NCBI GenBank assembly: GCA_024277615.1
Contig: JAJRUW010000075.1
Location: 11,012-75,011 of the forward strand
DNA: 64,000 nt
Source: Fidelibacterota bacterium
GTDB taxonomy: Bacteria; Fidelibacterota; Marinisomatia; SCGC-AAA003-L08; JACNLC01
Reading direction: 5' to 3'
Shown one piece after another: positions 36,628 through 44,180 of this stretch. A program made the translations under genes and the position numbers. Below the pieces are notes generated by a model. It made no database searches. It was not told the origin of the DNA and saw only the letters and a program-made list of their open reading frames with translations. Within the stretch, counting starts at the first letter, position 1; each line of letters begins with the position of its first letter.

Positions 36628-39525
36628 CTATCCTATTATCTGTGCAACCAGCATCACAATATCGATAATATCGATGGCATTATCGCCGTTCAGATCGGCT
36701 GCGCTAAAAATATCCCCGCTGGGCATGGGTCCGTTGATGATGAAGTCCACTATGGTCACTATATCCAATATGTCAACGAGGCCGTCAAGATTGACATCAC
36801 CGGGTGTTATATTTGAAAAATCCGGAATTTCATTCAGAAAGATGAAGGCGCTGCCCGGGGGAATATCAAAATTGTATAGCCAGTTCCCTTCGACAAGATG
36901 CTCTCCCCCATTTAAATAGTCGTACCATGTTCCGGGATGCGGAAATTCGATATCAACGTTATTACTGCTGTCTCCGAAATTAGCTGCCACAATTACTTCT
37001 TCGGGACTGCTCATGCGCCAATACACGATAGTTTTATTGGTTGAACTCTGAGACTTTATTTCCAGCGCCGAGCTTCTCAAGACCTCATAATTCCTGCGCA
37101 GCGCTATCAGCCTTGCGTAAACATCAAACAGTTCGGCGCCGGACTGATTATTCAGCAGATACCATTGCAAGGGCTGGGGGATAATATTGCCGCCTGAATG
37201 GCTGGTTCCGTTTTGACCGAACTCCTGTCCATGGTACAACATGGGCGTACCTTGCGATGTAAATAATATTTTTGCTCCAAGTTCTGATTTTGCCAGGGCC
37301 GTCTCAAGGGTCATGCCCTGATAATGGGTCGCCTCATAAATGATCCTGCCTTCATCGTGACTCTCAAAATAATTCAGCGGACCAGTATAGTCCCAGTATC
37401 CTTGCGAAGATGCCGAAAGGTGGTTGCCCAGATCGTACATGTCTCCCCAGGAATGCCCGCTGTCATTTATCTCCAGTAAGTTGGAATTCAGCATGTGGAA
37501 ATAACTATAATCCCAACCGGCATCGAAGTCAGTATGATTTATCTGCCAGGAATTGTCCTCTTCTGCAATGATGATGAGCGTGGAATCATAGGCATTCAGC
37601 ATATTACCGTAGTGAGTGGCGCCCCAGTTCCCTTCCGAATCCCAGCCTATTCCTGCCGTGTGGTCGAAGCGGAAACCGTCAAAATGGTATTCCTGAACCC
37701 AGGTCATCAGAGCGTCATCACAATATTTCCGGGTTCTCGGGCTCCAATGCTGGAGTTTGTACCCCCAGGGCGATTCCTGGTCGTGAAAATAGGGATCATT
37801 AATATAATCATGGTCCTGATAGTCCCAGCTGCCAACCGGTTGATACAGTAAAAATAATGGCGCCGATCCCCACATGTGGTTGAAGACAACATCCAGCAGC
37901 ACTGCAATTTGATGCTGATGAGCCGTATCGACGAGCTGCCGCAATTCATCCGGTGTGCCGTAGGCGGACTCCGGAGCCATGTAAAAAGAGGGATTGTAGC
38001 CCCACGAATTGGCGCCTTCAAATTCATTTACGGGCATGAGTTCCAAAGCCGTAATGCCGAGATCGTCAAAGTAGCCTTCATCCAGTTTATCGATAATATC
38101 CTGGTAATTCCCTATTTCGCCGGGAACTCCCTTGAAATCACCAACATGAGTTTCGTAAACCACAACATCCCTTTGTTCCGGGCGGGTAAATTGAGCGTCA
38201 TTCCAATTGTATTCCCCGGCACCCACGGCAAAGTTTGTGAGAGCATCTTCGTAGTATCCGCTCTCCCAGCCGCCGGCGGGGTCGGTCCATTGCACATCTT
38301 TTGACCAGGGATCTGCAATTCTCCTCAGACCCTCTACATTGAATTGGTAGGTATAATTACCGTCCGGCAGCGTGGTTTGATACCACCAGAGCGTATCCCC
38401 TGAGAGTTTCATAAGCTCACCGGCAGGGTTATTTTGGTTCCAACTGCCCAGTACCGTGACATAATCTTTCGCCGGCGCATAAAGTGTGATCAGGATGTCG
38501 TTACCGGTAACCGTTAAGCCATCATCAGTACCTTCGGGAACAGGTTCGTGAATGATTGAGAAAGAGAGATAAATATGGCGGAACAGGAAAGTCACGCGAT
38601 CATTACTGCCCAAAGCCCGGGCGACAATGGTCACATCTCCGAACAATGTCTCAGGTGGTGTCCAGGTAACCGAGAATGGTGAAGAAAAAGCATCACCTGC
38701 AAAATCTCCCTGGACATAATAGGCCACTTCTACGGCATCACCGACGACGGATAATTCGACATCACCGGATATTTCGGCCCCCTCTGCGGGAGAAATATAA
38801 AAAACATAGGGGTCTCCGTCCTGGGGTGTGTAGTCAAAATAAATATCGTAATTGATGATCTGTCCGTTATCACCGGTATCCCAGTTACCGTCATCCCATT
38901 TAATTCTGAACTTGATTGATTGCACCACCTGTTCTCCAAGATTGAAGGGGCCAAGCTGCAGCTGATAAGTATCCCGGTTCAACTGCAGCGGTGACATCAG
39001 CCAGCCATCTTCTTCAAAAGAGCCTGCAGGCCGGTAACTTTCAATGGGCAGAAGATATCCCGCTCCTGCATCAACTTTCCAGGCAATATGTCCCCCCTGC
39101 TGAACATTGTTCAGAACGATGGTAGCGATATCATTCGCCCCCGGGTTGAAAGGTGTCCAGTAATAATTCAGACTGATATGCCAGTCAACGCCGATGCCGC
39201 CGTTGTTATCCCAGTTACCGTCGAGATCCGTGAAAACAAAATCCACGGTTTCGGCGATTTCAGGAACCGTATAATTGTAACTCCACCAGCCGTTCCCAAG
39301 TGCCGGCTCAAAAGTCATAGCATAATCGTCAGTCTCCTGCCAGCCGTTATATCCAAGGTGAATATAAACTGGAGAAGTATTGTCCGGCAAAGTACCCTCC
39401 AGCGTATTATAATAAATAGTAATATTCCCTCCCGGTACGGGGATCTCAGGTTCCCAGTAAACTGCCTGAGCAGGCAGGATAGCGCATATAAATAACGCGG
39501 AGACTAAAATATTTTTCAATTGCAT
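36628..39525 (-). CDS. secreted GH13 alpha-amylase-family enzyme (965 aa) with two CBM25-like starch-binding modules, CBM48-like module and C-terminal dockerin-like pair
   Basis: Signal peptide. ..VYIHLGYNGWQ..FVFTD.DGNWDNNGG.. in two copies. GH13 regions DVVFNHM, FDGFRFDH, AEE and FESHDE. C-terminal GDVNLDGLVDILDIVTIV...ADLNGDNAIDIIDIVMLV at 36631-36812. Confidence 0.85.
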   Translation of the reverse strand: MQLKNILVSALFICAILPAQAVYWEPEIPVPGGNITIYYNTLEGTLPDNTSPVYIHLGYNGWQETDDYAMTFEPALGNGWWSYNYTVPEIAETVDFVFTDLDGNWDNNGGIGVDWHISLNYYWTPFNPGANDIATIVLNNVQQGGHIAWKVDAGAGYLLPIESYRPAGSFEEDGWLMSPLQLNRDTYQLQLGPFNLGEQVVQSIKFRIKWDDGNWDTGDNGQIINYDIYFDYTPQDGDPYVFYISPAEGAEISGDVELSVVGDAVEVAYYVQGDFAGDAFSSPFSVTWTPPETLFGDVTIVARALGSNDRVTFLFRHIYLSFSIIHEPVPEGTDDGLTVTGNDILITLYAPAKDYVTVLGSWNQNNPAGELMKLSGDTLWWYQTTLPDGNYTYQFNVEGLRRIADPWSKDVQWTDPAGGWESGYYEDALTNFAVGAGEYNWNDAQFTRPEQRDVVVYETHVGDFKGVPGEIGNYQDIIDKLDEGYFDDLGITALELMPVNEFEGANSWGYNPSFYMAPESAYGTPDELRQLVDTAHQHQIAVLLDVVFNHMWGSAPLFLLYQPVGSWDYQDHDYINDPYFHDQESPWGYKLQHWSPRTRKYCDDALMTWVQEYHFDGFRFDHTAGIGWDSEGNWGATHYGNMLNAYDSTLIIIAEEDNSWQINHTDFDAGWDYSYFHMLNSNLLEINDSGHSWGDMYDLGNHLSASSQGYWDYTGPLNYFESHDEGRIIYEATHYQGMTLETALAKSELGAKILFTSQGTPMLYHGQEFGQNGTSHSGGNIIPQPLQWYLLNNQSGAELFDVYARLIALRRNYEVLRSSALEIKSQSSTNKTIVYWRMSSPEEVIVAANFGDSSNNVDIEFPHPGTWYDYLNGGEHLVEGNWLYNFDIPPGSAFIFLNEIPDFSNITPGDVNLDGLVDILDIVTIVDFIINGPMPSGDIFSAADLNGDNAIDIIDIVMLVAQIIG

Positions 39526-41192
39526 TTTGTATTCCCCATTTCTCTGTTTTTCCTAAAATCAGATCCTTCGGACCTTCCAAGAATTTCTCCGATAAAAGTC
39601 ACAATGTCCAGAATGTCCACGGCAAAATCCTGGTTGGCATCCGCCAGACACTCCTGTTCCGTATTTAACTGTGAATCCCCGATGAGAGCGGAAACCAGTA
39701 TTACAACATCGAGGATATCCAGGGCCGCATCATCGTTTAGATCTCCGTCGGGATAACAGGCCAGTCCTTCCATAAGTGTAATACTCCGGTTAACCGGCAA
39801 TCCTTCATAACAAGTTGAACCACTCGGCCAATATACAATTAACGAGTCCACATCCGAATTTTCGCCGAGTCCGAAGTGCTTTGTATATGAGTTCTGCGAT
39901 AAAAATCCGTTTCCACTTTGGATGAAGGCAGCTTGCTGATCGCCGCCGGACCAGAGTGCGAGTCTGACGCCCAGAGCCAGACGATTAGGTGCATTTCCGG
40001 TCAGACTGACCTCAAGCCAGTTCCCTGCCGGTGATGTATCATTACGATAGAACTCAATCCCGTTTTCATCATCATAACCAACAGCGATAATATCCTGATC
40101 GCCGTCACCATCGAAATCTGCACAAGCGGTTCCGTAGCCGCTGTTGAAAGAATCCAAACCTGTGGCTTCTGCCATTTCCTGAAAAGTGCCGTCACCGAGA
40201 TTATGAAAAAAAGTATTGCTGATACTGCCAAATCCGGACTCGTTATTATTATAAATATCCTGCCAGCCGTCGTTATCGGCATCAAAAAATACCGTACCCC
40301 AGGTCATGCTGAAAAAAGGGTCTTGTGTGTTAGATTCGGCCGAAACATCGCTGAAAGTCCGGTCACCGTTGTTTCTGAAAAGCATGTTCTGGTGGAGATT
40401 TGAAAAATAAACATCGAACCAGCCATCACGGTTATAATCAGCCACTGTAAGACCCATACCCTGAAGGGACTCCATAGCCAGAATTCCCGTTTCGGCGGCC
40501 AGGTTTGCATACAGTCCATAGACTTGCATTTCCAGCAGATAGTTGCCCCGGTAACCGTCCTGTGTTCCCAGAATTTCGAAGTCACCGTCGTTGTCAAAAT
40601 CAAAAAATACAGCCATCATGCAAAGATCATTCATCGGTCCCTGGGCGCCGGTCTCTCCTGTAACATCCAAAAAGTTCCCTCCCGTATTTTCGTAAAGGTA
40701 GTTCTGACCCCCGAAATCCACAATGTACAGATCGGGCCAGCCGTCCCCGTTATAATCTCCCCAACTGCCTCCCAGTACATTGCCCTCATGGATCAATCCC
40801 GCTTCAGTGCTGACTTCAGTGAACGTGCCGTTACCCTCATTGCGGTATAACCTGCATTGAGCGTTCGTGACGCCTACGAACAGATCCGGATCCCCGTCGG
40901 CATCATAATCAGCAGCCAGACCTATTTGAGAGGCTCCGGCAGAGGCGACACCGGCCTGTCCGGAGACCTCTGTAAAAAAGAGTTCCCCGGCATTTCGAAA
41001 AAGCCGATCATCGCCGGAATGATTTGCCACAAAAATATCATCCAGTCCGTCCTGATCATAGTCAAAGACACAGACCCCTTTCCCCTGAACGGGCGCTGCC
41101 AGCCCAGACACTTCAGATATCTCGCTAAAGAGGATTTCGGAAAAGGCCATTGACACGGCAAATAAAAGACAGAATGGAACTCTAAAAATCAT
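39516..41192 (-). CDS. CRTAC1-family FG-GAP/VCBS repeat protein with ASPIC/UnbV region and C-terminal dockerin-like pair
   Basis: Repeated DYD.DG..D.+V.N.....LY.N motifs. ..RLALGVRLALWSGGDQQAAFIQSGNGFLSQNS.. (UnbV/ASPIC-like). C-terminal GDLNDDAALDILDVVILV...ADANQDFAVDILDIVTFI. Confidence 0.75.
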   Translation of the reverse strand: MIFRVPFCLLFAVSMAFSEILFSEISEVSGLAAPVQGKGVCVFDYDQDGLDDIFVANHSGDDRLFRNAGELFFTEVSGQAGVASAGASQIGLAADYDADGDPDLFVGVTNAQCRLYRNEGNGTFTEVSTEAGLIHEGNVLGGSWGDYNGDGWPDLYIVDFGGQNYLYENTGGNFLDVTGETGAQGPMNDLCMMAVFFDFDNDGDFEILGTQDGYRGNYLLEMQVYGLYANLAAETGILAMESLQGMGLTVADYNRDGWFDVYFSNLHQNMLFRNNGDRTFSDVSAESNTQDPFFSMTWGTVFFDADNDGWQDIYNNNESGFGSISNTFFHNLGDGTFQEMAEATGLDSFNSGYGTACADFDGDGDQDIIAVGYDDENGIEFYRNDTSPAGNWLEVSLTGNAPNRLALGVRLALWSGGDQQAAFIQSGNGFLSQNSYTKHFGLGENSDVDSLIVYWPSGSTCYEGLPVNRSITLMEGLACYPDGDLNDDAALDILDVVILVSALIGDSQLNTEQECLADANQDFAVDILDIVTFIGEILGRSEGSDFRKNREMGNTKCN

Positions 41193-42273
41193 TTATGGGA
41201 TAGGTTCCTATGGGTTCAATTTTTATGCGCTGAATGTCGAACGAATTCCCGGAGTAGGGTTCATCATTGGAATTATCCGCCAGATCATCAACGGCAACAA
41301 GAATGAAATTCCCTGACGGATTAATTGTAATTGCCCCCGTGCTTAACTTCCCGGCTGTGAGATAATAATTGCGCTGAAGAAAAGTCTCGTTGTCAAATTC
41401 AATCACAAAGGTTCCTGCACCGTCGGCTTTGGAGGGTGAGAAAAAGAGGCTTGTACCATCCGGGGTTGCCGCAACGGCCAGCGGCGCCGATTTGACATCG
41501 AATTGAGCCAATAAATTCAATTCCACCGGATCAAATAAGAAGGCGTGTTTTAATTCGTGACCTGCGAAGTCGGTGCCCGAGAGCGCAGCTATAATACCTG
41601 TTCCGGGGACGAATTCGAGATCGTTCAGTTCAACCGGATGCAGGGCGATATCCGATGACTGTGTATTTCCGGTCAGGTCATTTTCCGTGATTAGGAATTT
41701 GTACAGATTAACCCTTTCAAAAGAGTCGTCCAAAACATACACGGCCCCTTCAACGGAGTCAAGGGCAAGTTTACCGGCCTTTGATTTGGATGCAAGTAAT
41801 TCTCCGGACTGCAGGTCGTACATTTTTGTTTTATGATAAATGGATTGATCCGAGATGAATGTAGTGATCAGTTTGTCACCAAATACTTCAACATCCATGG
41901 GTGCATCTTCATCCAGTTGAAAATGTGTCACCGCCTGAGTCGCCACATCCACTATTGCAATCTGTGAACTGCCGGCAAGTCCTGCATAAAGCGTGGTTCC
42001 GTCAGCAGACAGACACAAGGAAGTCGGCATGGAACCTACCGAAATATTTGCAGTTCTGACCATCGTTTCACCCGAGATATCGATGAAAATAACCCGGTTG
42101 TTCCCCGAATCGGCCGCTATGAGCATTTTCCCGTCGGGAGTAATCACCAGGTCAACCAGATTAGAGCCAATCCGCAGGAGCTCAAAATTTTCGATGGTGT
42201 AGTAATAAGTGGGTGATTTCTCTGTACAACTGATCATAAAAAGTAAAATGGACAGGATAATTTTTTTCAGCAT
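41182..42273 (-). CDS. YVTN/YncE-like beta-propeller lipoprotein
   Basis: Lipobox LLFMISC. Repeated ..TPDGK.L..A.SGNN.V..ID.. propeller blades. Confidence 0.6.
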   Translation of the reverse strand: MLKKIILSILLFMISCTEKSPTYYYTIENFELLRIGSNLVDLVITPDGKMLIAADSGNNRVIFIDISGETMVRTANISVGSMPTSLCLSADGTTLYAGLAGSSQIAIVDVATQAVTHFQLDEDAPMDVEVFGDKLITTFISDQSIYHKTKMYDLQSGELLASKSKAGKLALDSVEGAVYVLDDSFERVNLYKFLITENDLTGNTQSSDIALHPVELNDLEFVPGTGIIAALSGTDFAGHELKHAFLFDPVELNLLAQFDVKSAPLAVAATPDGTSLFFSPSKADGAGTFVIEFDNETFLQRNYYLTAGKLSTGAITINPSGNFILVAVDDLADNSNDEPYSGNSFDIQRIKIEPIGTYPINDF

Positions 42274-42274
42274 T

Positions 42275-43222
42275 TCAAATCTCCGGAGTAAATGTCAGAT
42301 TCATACGCAGATACCCGGGTGAAACGAGCTGGCTTTCATTAACATACTGATATACACTGAGTGGGAATTCAACATCCAGTAATAAATCAGGACGCAGGCG
42401 CAAACCGAATCCCGGTACGGCATACAGCCAGCGGCCTCCTCGTTCCCGTTTTATGCGCATGCCATATTCATCCGTATCCCTGAAAGTGTAAATATAATCC
42501 AGTTTTGCCTGCAGGAAGAGAATATCGGAGCGGTCGTAATTCAAACCCAGACTGTAATGATATTCATCCCCGTATTCATAGCCGTAAATGTTGGGGCCGG
42601 ATGAGATTTTTGAGATGAAATTACCGGTAACCAGCCATTTTGAATTGAGACTGCTGGTTGAAGCAAAAATGGAGAATACAGGATCAATGGTACCGGAGCC
42701 AATCTGCAAATTGTCGCTGATGCGTTTGCCGGACGGATCCGGCTTATCCAGACGGCCGGTTGCAAGTTTGGCGCCTATCCCGATATTTACCTGTAGAGCC
42801 TCATCAAAAAATGAATAAGAATATCGCCCGAGAAGGATGAGGTCACCTAACCCGGATGTACGGCGTATGAAGCTTGGATTGTCATAGAGAATTTTATTAT
42901 TTACAACCGAACGCCAGGGCAGAATTGCTTCGACTGATAATTTAGCTGTGACACCATAATTTAAGTAGAGAAATGCAGTAGAATTTGAAGTTTTTTCATA
43001 TTTTGGATTTGGTGCTGAATGATCGCCGAACTGAGCATCTTCGAGGTATTCATATTCGTAACCGATACCTGTCAGCAGGGCTCCCGCTTCGGTGCTGTTG
43101 CGCTTCATAATACTTCCACCCGGAAGAATTGGTCTGCGTCAGGATACACCGGCAGTCAATAAGTTCACGCCTAACAGCAGAAATCCTAAAAGTCCTAACA
43201 GTTGTCTGTTTGCTTTATTCAT
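42275..43222 (-). pseudogene. outer-membrane beta-barrel (MetA-pathway/transporter-like) with in-frame TGA after the signal peptide
   Basis: ATG 43222 encodes the signal peptide MNKANRQLLGLLGFLLLGVNLLTAGVS. TGA follows at 43139-43141, then RRPILPGGSIMKRN.. in the same frame as ORF 42275..43108. The body has alternating beta-strand patterns and a C-terminal ..LTFTPEI. Confidence 0.6.
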
Positions 43223-43259
43223 GAGTTACTCCTGTATTTTGTAGGTATGTACCATTTAT

Positions 43260-44180
43260 CTAACCTTTAACGCTGCCCATCGTCAAACCTGATACGAGGT
43301 ATTTGGCAAGTGAAATGAACAGGATTGTCACCGGAATACTGACGACTACGGCTCCTGCCGAATAGAGTCCCCACTGGGTTGAAAGACTGGCCTGAAAAGA
43401 TTTCAATCCAAGTGGCAGTGTGTACAGATCCGGATCCTGCAAAATGATGTTGGCAACCACATACTCGTTCCAACTGGCCATAAAACTGAACAGGGCCGTG
43501 ATAACCAGAGCCGGTGATGAAAGAGGCAGAATGATCCTATAAAAGGCCGTAAAGCGGCTGCAGCCATCCAGCCTGGCAGACTCTTCCAAAGACACCGGTA
43601 TCGTATCGTAGTACCCTTTCATCTGCCAGATGCAGAAGGGCAGGGCTGTTGAAGAATATATGATGATAAGTCCGAGATACGAATTGATAAGACCCAACTT
43701 ACTGAGCAGAATAAAAAACGGCAGCAGAAGCATAGTGGCCGGAAACATCTGTGTAGTCAATAATGACAACATCGTAAACTGTTTACCTCTGAACTGAAAT
43801 CTGGAGAGAGCATAACCGCTGGTTGAAGCCAGTAAGACCCCCGTTAGGGTTACCATGAGGGTCACAAAAAATGAATTCCAGGCCCATCTCGGAAAGTCGG
43901 TTTTAGTGAAAAGCTCAAAATAAGCTTTAAATCCCGATCCGGCATCCCTGCGCCCGTTGTGATTATCATCATCAAAGGGCTCTCCTTTGTCCCACACACC
44001 GTTCCCGTTTTCATCTCTGAAGCTTTCACTTCTTTCGATAAAGGCCAGAGATTTTGTTTGGAAGGCATTGTCCGTCCGGAGTGAGATACTGATAATCCGA
44101 ATAGCAGGATAAATCGTCAGCAACGTGAAAAACGTCAGGAAGAGAAATATCGACCAGGTTTCAATTTTATGCTTGTTCAC
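43260..44180 (-). CDS. CUT1 sugar ABC permease (MalG-like) with inserted NGxWDxGEPF loop
   Basis: Six predicted TM segments and the EAA region LEESARLDGCSRFTAFYRIILPL. The first periplasmic loop carries FRDENGNGVWDKGEPFDDDNHNGRRD. Confidence 0.85.
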   Translation of the reverse strand: MNKHKIETWSIFLFLTFFTLLTIYPAIRIISISLRTDNAFQTKSLAFIERSESFRDENGNGVWDKGEPFDDDNHNGRRDAGSGFKAYFELFTKTDFPRWAWNSFFVTLMVTLTGVLLASTSGYALSRFQFRGKQFTMLSLLTTQMFPATMLLLPFFILLSKLGLINSYLGLIIIYSSTALPFCIWQMKGYYDTIPVSLEESARLDGCSRFTAFYRIILPLSSPALVITALFSFMASWNEYVVANIILQDPDLYTLPLGLKSFQASLSTQWGLYSAGAVVVSIPVTILFISLAKYLVSGLTMGSVKG

